Shown here: piece by piece, positions 26,110-34,817 of the stretch
Layout: each line of letters starts with the position of its first letter
Numbering within the stretch: position 1 is the first letter of the stretch
Virus record (IMG/VR): IMGVR_UViG_3300036944_000521
Coordinates: 1 to 54,428 of that record
Length of the DNA stretch: 54,428 nt
Source of the DNA: a virus
Taxonomy: Duplodnaviria; Caudoviricetes
Direction: 5' to 3' (one strand)
The notes under the pieces: generated by a model
Database searches by the model: none
Told to the model about the DNA's origin: nothing
Seen by the model: the letters and a program-made list of their open reading frames with translations, nothing else
Translations under genes and position numbers: made by a program

Positions 26110-27097
26110 TAGTTTTTCCTTCTATAAAATAGTCATACATTCTTTTATATATCTTATCTGGTGCTTTCGCATTATGTATATTAATACACAAGTTTCTAGC
26201 ATACCAAGTTGTAAATCTAACGTATTTTTCATAATCAAAGTCAGGTTTATATGCTTGATCTATATTATCTGCATTGTTAACTGCTGGATGATAATCTGGT
26301 ATGCCAAATATAGATACAGGCTTCTTCATAAGCATAGCTTCCATACCGCAAGCAGAAGATGCTGTCCATAGCTGACTACAAGTGCTTATTAAGTCCACAA
26401 TATAACTATCTACGTCAAAGGTTATATATTTATTTTTTAAGGAATATAGCGTATCTGTGTATACCTCATCTGCTGTGGGGTGTAAACGTATAACTACATG
26501 TTTTTTATTATCTAGCGCCCATTGCGATACTTGTTTTAGTAAATCTAGTCCTAGCATTTTATCATAATAGTGTACAGTACCTAGCCCTTGATGTGTAAAC
26601 AATATATACTCATCTGGCAAGGCATTCTTAACATAAGCATGATTATACTTAGTCCCATACCCCTTAACATAGGCATTAGTTAAACTATTAAATAGCAGCT
26701 CGTCTGGAACAGTACTTTTATAGTTGTCTGTATACTCATAGCTATATATAAAATGACCATCAGGAGCTAACTTGGCTAACCAGATAAGTGGAGCTCCTAT
26801 TCGGAACTCTAGCCCTTTACCTACGTAGTTTTTACTTTGAGTCTCGTTTGGTAATATCAACCCATCAAAACTACTCTTATTTGGTAGCTTTAGATAGCTA
26901 CTATATACTAGCTGTACTATTTTGTACTGTGTAGAGGAGTTTTTAGTCTTAATTGTGACTTTACTTCTATCAGTAAGATAAGCGTCTTTACTTTCCATCC
27001 ACAATTTTAAGGATGTATTAGCAATCTTATCTATGTCTTTACATGTATCAGTAACTATTACCTGCTTATCGCCATAACCTAGTTGAAAATTAATCAT
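26093..27097 (-). CDS. Capsule-synthesis (KpsS/KpsC-like) GT-B protein
   Basis: IRLHP and SSACGMEAMLMKKPV motifs. Confidence 0.6.
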   Translation of the reverse strand: MINFQLGYGDKQVIVTDTCKDIDKIANTSLKLWMESKDAYLTDRSKVTIKTKNSSTQYKIVQLVYSSYLKLPNKSSFDGLILPNETQSKNYVGKGLEFRIGAPLIWLAKLAPDGHFIYSYEYTDNYKSTVPDELLFNSLTNAYVKGYGTKYNHAYVKNALPDEYILFTHQGLGTVHYYDKMLGLDLLKQVSQWALDNKKHVVIRLHPTADEVYTDTLYSLKNKYITFDVDSYIVDLISTCSQLWTASSACGMEAMLMKKPVSIFGIPDYHPAVNNADNIDQAYKPDFDYEKYVRFTTWYARNLCINIHNAKAPDKIYKRMYDYFIEGKTIADLY

Positions 27098-27644
27098 TCA
27101 TAATATTGAAACCAAAACTGAATCTAGGGCCTTTAGCATATATAGTATGCCACAAGCGATTTTCAGGCGTATTACCTATTTGAAACTGTTTAGCGTTCCA
27201 GCCGTCTTTAGCCTCAACGTCAATAATTTCCTTAGTATAAGGATCACGATACCTAAATATGTCTCCTCCAGATACTAATGTGTAGTATATTCTAGTACCA
27301 GTAGCATTTGAGTTAGTATGCCAAGTCATCATAGTATTTGGCGGATAGTAGTAGAAGTTTCTAAAAGTAACCCTACTAGGATCATTATGTAATAGCTTTT
27401 TAATGCCGGCTACTCTTACATCGTTTTGATAATGCTCTAAGAAAGAAGTTAATTCCGACCTTGGTATACCGCCCAAAGCTACATCCTCATCAAAATTGAC
27501 TACCTGATTATTAAATTGCTCTATAGAGTGAGAACCTTTAGATATTCTAGTAACAGTACTAAAAACATCTTTTGTTAGTGATTTTAGTAGTTCTACTATA
27601 CGCTCATCTATATCTTCATCTTCGTATACTGTAACTGGTTTCAT
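27090..27644 (-). CDS. Putative 2OG-Fe(II) oxygenase / cupin
   Basis: MTWHTN ... LWHTI ... RFSFGF. Confidence 0.55.
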   Translation of the reverse strand: MKPVTVYEDEDIDERIVELLKSLTKDVFSTVTRISKGSHSIEQFNNQVVNFDEDVALGGIPRSELTSFLEHYQNDVRVAGIKKLLHNDPSRVTFRNFYYYPPNTMMTWHTNSNATGTRIYYTLVSGGDIFRYRDPYTKEIIDVEAKDGWNAKQFQIGNTPENRLWHTIYAKGPRFSFGFNIMND

Positions 27645-28318
27645 TCTATCATACTCGCAAGGCTATCTATTTGGTTTTGGTAGTCTTCATCTATTGGCTC
27701 TATAGACCCATAGGTATAGTCGATAAGCTTCTGAGAAAATAAATCATAGTCTTTTAGGCTGTCTCCATTAGGCCAGCTATCACTAGCTTGAATATCGACT
27801 TGTTCTCCGGAATTACATCTTAATTTTAGTATCTCAGCAGCTCTATTATTAGCAAGTACGTGTGCCATCATATGTTTAGCAAAATCTCTAAAAGTAGCTA
27901 AATCCATATTCCTTATATACCCCTTATACGTAGTAATATAAAAAGGTATATTCTCATCAAACCAATGTAAATCGCCTATATTATCAGCAGAAGATTGGCT
28001 GCTTAAAGATAATAGAGTATTAACTAAAGCAATATCTCTAACACCACAGCTATAAAAGTCATTTCTATAGTTAAATCGAGTTAGTATTCTAACGTCTCGT
28101 AAATCATCAATTTGAGAATCTGTATAGCTTTGTCTAACTCTGCTATCTTTGAAGTATTTAAAATCTTCGTCTAGCTGGTATACGCCTATTTTTTCTCTAT
28201 CTATATTATTCATAGTAATTATGTCATAATATGTGTGATTTAGGTTATCTAAACCTATAAAAAAGTCTCCTGGGTATATAATTCTAGAATTTAACCCGTG
28301 TTTAAAGTAATATTTCAT
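27641..28318 (-). CDS. Hypothetical protein, possibly tail-fibre associated (DUF4376-like)
   Basis: Directly follows the Gly-rich tail gene; weak motif resemblance only. Confidence 0.4.
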   Translation of the reverse strand: MKYYFKHGLNSRIIYPGDFFIGLDNLNHTYYDIITMNNIDREKIGVYQLDEDFKYFKDSRVRQSYTDSQIDDLRDVRILTRFNYRNDFYSCGVRDIALVNTLLSLSSQSSADNIGDLHWFDENIPFYITTYKGYIRNMDLATFRDFAKHMMAHVLANNRAAEILKLRCNSGEQVDIQASDSWPNGDSLKDYDLFSQKLIDYTYGSIEPIDEDYQNQIDSLASMIE

Positions 28319-29067
28319 TAATTAACTCCGCTCCAAGTAATTATTACGCTACCATTGACCCCAGCAGCCCCGTTTGAAATAGCTCCGGTAGCTTTAGTAC
28401 CTCCAGCACCTCCAGTACCTACTACAACGGCTATAATTGCGCCTACAGTAGGTCCTCCAGAGTCTCTTACGTAAACACTCTTACATCCGCCACCTGCTCC
28501 GCCGGCCTCGCCAGTAGTAGAAATACCTGTACCATCTCCACCACCAATAGTAACACCTGTACCGCCAGTACCTCTGGCAGCTCCTCCACCAGTAGTGTTG
28601 TAAAAACCAGAACCTACAGCGCCTACACCGCCAGAAGCAGTACCGTTTGTGTTATTTCCGCCACCACCACCATTAGCTATCATAGGGGTAGAAGCAGCAA
28701 AAGAAGAACCTCCACCAGTAGAACCAGATCCACCATATACATACGAGTAGGTATCGTTACCTTCTCTAGAATTTACTAGAGTTTTAACTAAGCCACCATC
28801 ACCACCACCTCCAGCGCCGTTTACAATTACCGTCATATTTACATATGCAGGTACTGTAAAATAATACGTACCTGGAGTAGTATAGCTTTGTGATCCGCCA
28901 ACAGCTTTACCGCGACCATCAGCTATGCTTATGGTACCTGTTGGTTTAACAAAAAGCGATCTAACAATAAAATCATCAAGAGCTATGATTCTATTATTAG
29001 CAAAACTCAGCACATAATTGACGTTAGATAAAGCTAACGGTCCTGTTGTTGGTAAGGTTGTTGGCAT
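28318..29067 (-). CDS. Glycine-rich tail fibre/adhesin-like protein
   Basis: LPTTGPLALS N-terminus; YTTPGTY; GAGGGG and VVGTGG repeats; GSVIITW end. Confidence 0.7.
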   Translation of the reverse strand: MPTTLPTTGPLALSNVNYVLSFANNRIIALDDFIVRSLFVKPTGTISIADGRGKAVGGSQSYTTPGTYYFTVPAYVNMTVIVNGAGGGGDGGLVKTLVNSREGNDTYSYVYGGSGSTGGGSSFAASTPMIANGGGGGNNTNGTASGGVGAVGSGFYNTTGGGAARGTGGTGVTIGGGDGTGISTTGEAGGAGGGCKSVYVRDSGGPTVGAIIAVVVGTGGAGGTKATGAISNGAAGVNGSVIITWSGVN

Positions 29068-29124
29068 ACTGCGTCTCTCATGACTAAGCTAGGCATACAG
29101 TTAAGTATACCTAGCTCATATAAA

Positions 29125-29595
29125 TTATTCTGTTGTAGCCATCTCAGTAGACGGCGCTAATTTAACAATGAACGCTCTGATCTGCCAGTGCATTTTGGCA
29201 TGAAAGTCTAAACGATCTTCTAAGAAGTTTACTATGCCATAGCGTTTTTCGGCTGAAGCTAGTTCGTGCGCTGCATTAAGCTGTGCAATAAAAGTTTCAT
29301 TATCATTATATAGATTACGGAACATAGCATCTGCTGATATAATACCAGTCTCATCTTGGATCTTAGTTAGTTCGCTAAAACGAGATAGTGACCCTGGTAC
29401 GTAAGCATCAAGAGTACGTGTACGCTCTGCATAACCATCTACAGAACCCCATACAGCCTCGTAGAAGTCACCAAAAAATCCATGATATTCTGAGAAGTTT
29501 GGGCCTGTTACGTTCCAATGGTAGTTATGAGCTTTTAGATATAGTGAAAAAGCGGTAGCTTGTACAACTTTCATCTGGTCAATTAGTTCTGACAT
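29125..29595 (-). CDS. dps: Dps ferritin-like DNA-protection protein
   Basis: KAHNYHWNVTGPNF-EYH, D..AER and KMHW motifs. Confidence 0.9.
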   Translation of the reverse strand: MSELIDQMKVVQATAFSLYLKAHNYHWNVTGPNFSEYHGFFGDFYEAVWGSVDGYAERTRTLDAYVPGSLSRFSELTKIQDETGIISADAMFRNLYNDNETFIAQLNAAHELASAEKRYGIVNFLEDRLDFHAKMHWQIRAFIVKLAPSTEMATTE

Positions 29596-29673
29596 TAGTG
29601 TCTCCTTGTTTAAGTATATAGATAACTATACTAACTAAATAGACTCTGTGCAAGAAGTATTTTCAAATTATGT

Positions 29674-29763
29674 TGGCGGAGCCACAGGGATTCGAACCCT
29701 GGGGACGAATTAACGCCCGCTGCCTTTCCAAGACAGTGCCATCGACCGCTCGGCCATAGCTCC
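29674..29763 (-). tRNA. tRNA-Ser(GGA)
   Basis: Long variable arm; G73; CCA. Confidence 0.9.
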
Positions 29764-29769
29764 AATTAT

Positions 29770-29859
29770 TGGCGGGTAGTACAGGATTCGAACCTGTGGA
29801 GCCTTTTCAGGCTCGACGGTTTAGCAAACCGCTGGTTTAAGCCACTCACCCAACTACCC
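29770..29859 (-). tRNA. tRNA-Ser(GCT)
   Basis: Long variable arm; G73; CCA. Confidence 0.95.
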
Positions 29860-30088
29860 AGTTATTTATTTCGCATTCCATAGATTCAAGCACTCGAAGT
29901 TCGCTAATTCTACCATCTCCAGAGTACTTTCTAGGATTTCCGCACCCATAGCAAGAACACAATGCTGGAGAATGTGCTAATATACCAATCCTAGTAGGAG
30001 TTAAACTACCGTATTTGATTGTTCGTTTAACCCAAGCTTTGCGCTTTGCTTCTTGATGACGACGAAAAGCTAGTGTTCTCAAGTACAT
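29846..30088 (-). CDS. Small basic Cys-containing protein
   Basis: CSCYGCGNPRK motif; AGGAG RBS. Confidence 0.55.
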   Translation of the reverse strand: MYLRTLAFRRHQEAKRKAWVKRTIKYGSLTPTRIGILAHSPALCSCYGCGNPRKYSGDGRISELRVLESMECEINNWVVG

Positions 30089-30096
30089 CTCCTTAA

Positions 30097-30633
30097 TTAG
30101 ATACGCTCTAATACAGTAAGTCCATTGTTATTAGTAAACTTTTCACGCACTTTCCAAGAATCTGTTTCAATTAGAAATTCATCTAGTGCGTCTTGTAATC
30201 CGCGAGCACTGCCATCTTCTCCGCTACGCCCATAAAGAGTAGTATCGTGAAACATCATAAACTTACGAGCTACTTCACCATGTAGACGTAGCTCTTGTAC
30301 AAGTTGTGGATAAACATGCCACGTATCAATAAAAAGTAAATCTGTTGGTTCTAGAGTGATTTGTAGAACATCAGCTTGTGTAAACTTAAAGTCAATGCTA
30401 TTTTCTGCAGCATAGGCTTCTGCATAGCGTAGGTTATCTTCTGGCGGTTGCAGCAGATCATAAGCACGAATTGTAGAAACTTTAGAGTCTAGCCAAGCCC
30501 AAAGTGAAACAATATTTCTTACTCCTAGCTCTGTTACAGAACTACACTCTTTGGCGTATCGTTTGAAAGTAGGAAGATGCTCATTAATGTCTGAAGGAGT
30601 AGAAGCTAATTCTGGATAACGACTTTGTAACAT
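30097..30633 (-). CDS. Class I SAM methyltransferase-like protein
   Basis: ELGVR, DLLFIDTWH, FHDT and NNNGLTVL motifs. Confidence 0.75.
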   Translation of the reverse strand: MLQSRYPELASTPSDINEHLPTFKRYAKECSSVTELGVRNIVSLWAWLDSKVSTIRAYDLLQPPEDNLRYAEAYAAENSIDFKFTQADVLQITLEPTDLLFIDTWHVYPQLVQELRLHGEVARKFMMFHDTTLYGRSGEDGSARGLQDALDEFLIETDSWKVREKFTNNNGLTVLERI

Positions 30634-30649
30634 AAGTTTCCTATTGTGT

Positions 30650-30723
30650 TGGATGCCCGTCGAGGACTCGAACCGCGATTTCTAGAGTCAAAATCTAGCG
30701 TCCTGCCATTAGACGAACGGGCA
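30650..30723 (-). tRNA. tRNA-Gln(TTG)
   Basis: Loop TT-TTG-AC; CCA. Confidence 0.9.
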
Positions 30724-30729
30724 AAAATC

Positions 30730-30804
30730 TGGTACCCAGTGACGGGATCGAACCGCCGACAATCTCGGTGTAAACGAGGAGCTCTACCGCTGAGCTAACT
30801 GGGC
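30730..30804 (-). tRNA. tRNA-Val(TAC)
   Basis: Loop TT-TAC-AC; CCA. Confidence 0.95.
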
Positions 30805-30816
30805 ATTGTTATTTAA

Positions 30817-30923
30817 CTGGTTCACTTTTGTGCTAAGTCGGCTGTGCTACCATTACACTACTAGGAGGAATCGAACCTCGCTCGCTGATTGGGATTGCAT
30901 AAAATTGATGCTGAACGGAACCA
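30817..30923 (-). ncRNA. CAGCA-family Y-like RNA 6 (tRNA permuted at the anticodon loop)
   Basis: TGGTTC-C-GTT-CAGCA...GAACCA-G; CCAA-TCAGC, T arm GAGG-TTCGATT-CCTC, D arm GTGT-AATGGTA-GCAC, GCCGA-CTT. Confidence 0.8.
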
Positions 30924-30932
30924 AAATTTATT

Positions 30933-31006
30933 TGGCGAAGGTACTCGGAGTCGAACCGAGGCTTGAGGTTTTGGAGACCGCCGTGCTACCGTAACACTTT
31001 ACCAAC
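30933..31006 (-). tRNA. tRNA-Trp(CCA)
   Basis: Loop CT-CCA-AA; G73; two U-U mismatches in the acceptor stem. Confidence 0.85.
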
Positions 31007-31011
31007 GTAAC

Positions 31012-31374
31012 TTATCCCGCGGAGCGGGTGAGGAAGTTTACTCTAACTTTTGAAGGCTTGAAGTACTTCTCAATAACGTCTTGTGCAATACCAATATCTA
31101 CTGGCTTACACGAAAAAATATCAATATATGCATCACCATTAGAATCTACTAAGTGACCGCTAATATTGCTTGTTTCAATCATTTGACAGAAACTGATACC
31201 AGCTTTATCAGGAGCATGAGTAGCAAAATGCTCAATCATTGGCTCTCCGAAAGCTACCATATCAATAGCAGGAACTAGTTCTTTAATAAAAGCGTGAACA
31301 TTAACTTTGCACATTACAAGTTCTTTGTCACAAGCGCCGCAATCAAACATTGCGTGGTAGCCCCAATATGCCAT
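31012..31374 (-). CDS. speD: S-adenosylmethionine decarboxylase proenzyme
   Basis: GYHAMFD, IETSNISGH and YIDIFSCK motifs. Confidence 0.8.
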   Translation of the reverse strand: MAYWGYHAMFDCGACDKELVMCKVNVHAFIKELVPAIDMVAFGEPMIEHFATHAPDKAGISFCQMIETSNISGHLVDSNGDAYIDIFSCKPVDIGIAQDVIEKYFKPSKVRVNFLTRSAG

Positions 31375-31393
31375 TTAGTTTCCTATCTTATGA

Positions 31394-31467
31394 TGGCGAT
31401 CTATGAGGGACTCGAACCCTCTTGACCCGGTGGACAGCCGAGCATAATACCCATATACGAATAGACC
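31394..31467 (-). tRNA. tRNA-Asp(GTC)
   Basis: Loop CT-GTC-CA; G73; CCA. Confidence 0.9.
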
Positions 31468-31472
31468 GTAAT

Positions 31473-31631
31473 TTACCAGTGGTGAATTGCGTTTACAATC
31501 AACACTATATTTGCTAGGCAAGCTAGTAATACTATGATAGTTCTAAAACCCGCTACAATATCAGCTTCTGCATCATTATCTGTTGCTTTCTCGCCAAGAG
31601 CTTTTGCCCAGTAGTGCCATAGTATTTTCAT
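31473..31631 (-). CDS. Small membrane protein (start corrected to MKILWHYWAKALG)
   Basis: The longer ORF overlaps tRNA-Ala; C-terminal transmembrane helix. Confidence 0.6.
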   Translation of the reverse strand: MKILWHYWAKALGEKATDNDAEADIVAGFRTIIVLLACLANIVLIVNAIHHW

Positions 31632-31710
31632 ATATTGCCCTATTCTAAAAGCGTGAAGGGCGATTATATCCTTCACCATTTTACCTCGACTAGCGAGTCT
31701 ACGCTGTTTT

Positions 31711-31786
31711 TGGTGGACCGTATCGGGATCGAACCGATTACCTCCTGCGTGCAAAGCAGGCGCTCTCCCAAGTGAGCTAACAGCCC
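31711..31786 (-). tRNA. tRNA-Ala(TGC)
   Basis: G3-U70; loop TT-TGC-AC; CCA. Confidence 0.95.
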
Positions 31787-31905
31787 GTTATTTATTATTC
31801 TTCATAAAGAAGGAACACTTTTTGAAATTCTCAAGTCCTACGCTTTTAATAGCTGCAATAAATGCTTGCTGTAATAGTTCTTGTGTCATTTTTAGTCCTT
31901 AACTA

Positions 31906-31994
31906 TGGCGGATCGTGTGAGATTCGAACTCACGGAACCTTTCGGTTCGGCAGTTTTCAAGACTGCTGGCATAATCCATCTCGCCCAACGATCC
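31906..31994 (-). tRNA. tRNA-Ser(TGA)
   Basis: Long variable arm; CCA. Confidence 0.95.
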
Positions 31995-32001
31995 GTATAT
32001 T

Positions 32002-32084
32002 TGGTGCGGGTAGAGGGACTCGAACCCCCACGGTTGCCCGCCAGAACCTAAATCTGGTGCGTCTACCAATTTCGCCATACCCGC
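32002..32084 (-). tRNA. tRNA-Leu(TAG)
   Basis: Loop TT-TAG-GT; variable arm; CCA. Confidence 0.95.
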
Positions 32085-32092
32085 GTATAATT

Positions 32093-32172
32093 TGGTGTTC
32101 TCTTTGGATTCGAACCAGTCTAACCTCGCTAGGAGGACGAAACTAACCGTGCGCCATTACAGACTAGAGAAC
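32093..32172 (-). ncRNA. tRNA-like RNA with intact acceptor/T arm and CCA but no anticodon arm
   Basis: GTTCTCT/AGAGAAC-ACCA; TGG-TTCGAAT-CCA; internal CCTC-CTAGC-GAGG. Confidence 0.6.
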
Positions 32173-32179
32173 ATTTATT

Positions 32180-32255
32180 TGGTTGCGGTGGGGAGGACTC
32201 GAACCTCCGATTTACTGGTTATGAGCCAGTCGAGATGCCACTTCTCTACCCCGCA
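32180..32255 (-). tRNA. tRNA-Met(CAT), initiator-like acceptor
   Basis: TGCGGGG 5' strand; loop CT-CAT-AA; CCA. Confidence 0.85.
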
Positions 32256-32278
32256 AAAATTCAATGCCCCGGACTACT

Positions 32279-32397
32279 CGGCTGTAAGTTAGTTACTCTC
32301 ACAATATCATTATCACTACAATAATGCCACCGACTGCTAGCCACTCAAAGGGTTTTTATAGTAAACCACTGATATGAACAGATAAGAATAACAGCCG
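32279..32397 (-). ncRNA. Rod-like structured RNA candidate
   Basis: CGGCTGT/ACAGCCG closing helix with nested TTATTCTT/GAGAGTAA and ATATCA/TGATAT. Confidence 0.4.
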
Positions 32398-32541
32398 TTC
32401 TTCAATGGTTTTAGATGTATCAATTACTAGTTCTTCACCTAGCATAATCGCATAGTATGTAACTAAGGATTGCTCAAGGTGAGCTAGTGCTTTTTGTTCT
32501 TTTACAAGTAGTGCCATGTGTTTTCCTATTTGCTATAATTA

Positions 32542-32570
32542 AATATAACCAATAAGTCAGCAGTTAGCAA
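32542..32570 (-). promoter_or_regulatory. Sigma70-like promoter
   Basis: TTGCTA-N17-TATATT. Confidence 0.65.
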
Positions 32571-32584
32571 GTGTAAAGTTAATT

Positions 32585-32691
32585 CATGAAGGAGATCAAG
32601 AAGTTAAGTAAGCTTAAGAGTTAACAGCTCTGATCACTTACTACCGTATTGATTTGACTCAGCACCGAACAACTTATGCTGAAACCTTCAA
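32585..32691 (-). ncRNA. CAGCA-family Y-like RNA 7
   Basis: TGAAGG-TTT-CAGCA...CCTTCA-TG; long internal hairpin GATCAG..TTGATC. Confidence 0.6.
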
Positions 32692-32714
32692 GTTCTTTAA
32701 TACTGTCTGGAGTG

Positions 32715-33506
32715 TTAGCAGGACCAACTGGCTCGACAGTCAGGAAATTCGTTTTGACAGAAATTGTAAACTTCTCTGTAGAAGTTCCGCACCTTATTAG
32801 CTGTAGCTATTGATACAATCTCTTTTTTGGGAGAAACATTATAATCTTGATTATTTGTACTTTGTTGTAAATCTACACCAAGGAAGTTAGACAACCTTTT
32901 CAACTCACGGTTTTCGTTTATAGTTTCGTATATCCCGAAGTATAGCTCATCTTCGGTAAAAACTGCACGTAAGTTAGTTACAGTAACATCATACCTTGTT
33001 CTAGCAACGAATTGTAGCGAGGAGTACATTTTAAGTAACAGCAATTCATCTGATATTATCTGTTTCTTAACATCTTTTTTTGACATTCGTACTGCGCTCC
33101 AGCATCTCTCAAACGGGTCACGCATTAAGAATACAATACGGAGACGAGCGTTAATAAAGCTTAGCTCGTGACGTATACGAATCCAATCTTCTATCGACAA
33201 GGCAGCATATGATGGCGTAATGTCACCACTAAGTATGCAGTCTCCTGAAAATAACTCATTAAAGTAGCTTGAGTAGTAACCCGGTACGTTTTGCATTCTA
33301 TACCGTATTGCAGCATTCTCTACCCCATCACGGACCATAGCATCTGTAACTCTAAACTCTTTAAACATATCCGAAGAGACGGCATCCCAGATGTGATACT
33401 CTTTTTTTGCACCAAAGTTTACCCTATCAAGAGAAGAAACTGTACGGTGCAGCCACGTAGTACCGGCTTTTTGTGCTCCTACACCTAACAAAAAGGTTTT
33501 ATTCAT
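32715..33506 (-). CDS. Sulfotransferase
   Basis: GAQKAGTTWL, KE-H-WD, GDITPSY and RDPFERCWS motifs. Confidence 0.85.
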   Translation of the reverse strand: MNKTFLLGVGAQKAGTTWLHRTVSSLDRVNFGAKKEYHIWDAVSSDMFKEFRVTDAMVRDGVENAAIRYRMQNVPGYYSSYFNELFSGDCILSGDITPSYAALSIEDWIRIRHELSFINARLRIVFLMRDPFERCWSAVRMSKKDVKKQIISDELLLLKMYSSLQFVARTRYDVTVTNLRAVFTEDELYFGIYETINENRELKRLSNFLGVDLQQSTNNQDYNVSPKKEIVSIATANKVRNFYREVYNFCQNEFPDCRASWSC

Positions 33507-33524
33507 ATATACCTTATTCTATTA

Positions 33525-33599
33525 ATACTGGCAGTTAAACACACATTCTTTTAACTTGCTCGTCTTATGTCATTAGGTGACAGCAGCAAGTACCAGTAT
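33525..33599 (-). ncRNA. Three-way-junction RNA candidate
   Basis: ATACTGGTA/TGCCAGTAT; CTTGCT/AGCAAG; GTTAAA/TTTAAC. Confidence 0.45.
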
Positions 33600-33603
33600 A
33601 TTT

Positions 33604-33678
33604 TGGAGCGGGCGATGAGGGTCGAACTCACGACATTCACCTTGGCAAGGTGACGCTCTACCACTGAGCTACGCCCGC
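33604..33678 (-). tRNA. tRNA-Gly(GCC)
   Basis: Loop TT-GCC-AA; U73; CCA. Confidence 0.95.
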
Positions 33679-33690
33679 ATTTTCTAGATA

Positions 33691-33939
33691 TTAAGTATAG
33701 TCTGGTTCTTCAAAACCAGCAAGTCTTAAATTTAAAACAAAATTTTCTACTAGTAGCTTAGTCATAGCTATAGTAGCTACTAGTTCAGGATTGTCTGAAC
33801 GACGCATAATCTCGACCACCTGTTCAGCAATAATAAGGTATGCTTCATCTTCCTGAACATTAAGCATACCCCAATCAATAGGATCGCCTATATCATACTC
33901 TTGAGCAAGTTCAGCAAGATCTTTAGCATTATATAACAT
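33691..33939 (-). CDS. Hypothetical acidic protein (start MLYNAK)
   Basis: GGAG RBS before ATG at 33939. Confidence 0.55.
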   Translation of the reverse strand: MLYNAKDLAELAQEYDIGDPIDWGMLNVQEDEAYLIIAEQVVEIMRRSDNPELVATIAMTKLLVENFVLNLRLAGFEEPDYT

Positions 33940-34216
33940 ATTCGCTCCATATAGATCGTACAATGCGTTCAATTACAGTTTTAGCAGCTACACCATTTCG
34001 CCAAGTTGAGCGAGGGGCGTTATTAGCTTTACACCAAATAGCAAAATTACGACCACGAGCGTAATCAACACCCTCACGTTTAGAGGGTAGATCGTATCGG
34101 TAAGGACCAGATTTGATTACGTCTTCATAACCTAACTTAAAAGCTGCTGAAGACGCTAAACGAGTAGCACCTTGGGTAGCAGTAACTACTCGACCGCCAG
34201 AATTTACAGTATTCAT
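33929..34216 (-). CDS. Hypothetical protein
   Basis: GAGGAG RBS directly after promoter 34242-34270. Confidence 0.6.
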   Translation of the reverse strand: MNTVNSGGRVVTATQGATRLASSAAFKLGYEDVIKSGPYRYDLPSKREGVDYARGRNFAIWCKANNAPRSTWRNGVAAKTVIERIVRSIWSEYVI

Positions 34217-34241
34217 TGCTCTCTCCTCTTATCTATAATTA

Positions 34242-34270
34242 AATATAGCATATGAAAGAGGAAGAGTCAA
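34242..34270 (-). promoter_or_regulatory. Sigma70-like promoter
   Basis: TTGACT-N17-TATATT. Confidence 0.7.
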
Positions 34271-34277
34271 GAACAGT

Positions 34278-34817
34278 TTAACGTCCGAAGAACTCTGTTG
34301 GTCCAACTTTTATCGCATCAAACAAATACCAAGCAGCATTATCTTTTCCAGATCCTGCGCTATCTTCGATCCATTTAACACGACCGATTGAAACAATCTT
34401 ACGTAGCCTAGTCTTAACTAATGTGCTAGACTGAATAGTATGTATCCAGTCAGCATCAAATAGTAACCAAGTGGGGCGTAGATCAGAAAAGTGCTCTATC
34501 ATTGGGTGTAATATCTTACGTTCCCAAGGAGGATTAGTAATAATTAAATCACAGTGATTTAAGTGAGTTTCAGTTATGTCAAACGCATCTATTTCTTCAA
34601 TATCTTCGTCACTATCTCGTAATTCTATATCAGAAGCAAATGTACATTCTGAACCAGGAAATAGATTTGATATATGTTGAATTAGTCTGCCATCACCTGC
34701 ACAAGGTTCTGCATAGGTGAATGTTTCAGGAAGATGTGGTAAGAGAGCAGTTACAGCCGCCAACGGAGTTGGGTAGTAATCTCTAGGCTTACGGACATAA
34801 TCACTTCTTTTTCCCAA
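34278..34817 (-). CDS. DNA N6-adenine methyltransferase
   Basis: DYYPTP, EPCAGDG and ITNPPW motifs. Confidence 0.85.
   Translation of the reverse strand: MGKRSDYVRKPRDYYPTPLAAVTALLPHLPETFTYAEPCAGDGRLIQHISNLFPGSECTFASDIELRDSDEDIEEIDAFDITETHLNHCDLIITNPPWERKILHPMIEHFSDLRPTWLLFDADWIHTIQSSTLVKTRLRKIVSIGRVKWIEDSAGSGKDNAAWYLFDAIKVGPTEFFGR

Noticed and set aside
31811-31882. Possible ninth CAGCA element (AGAACTA-TTA-CAGCA...GTTCCT)
   Set aside because: Only about 4 contiguous base pairs and no terminal G; it also reads as a small ORF (MTQELLQQAFIAA...) with its own RBS.
32093-32172. Twister or hammerhead ribozyme
   Set aside because: Partial TAA and CGAAAC resemblances, but the required conserved cores and pseudoknots could not be assembled.
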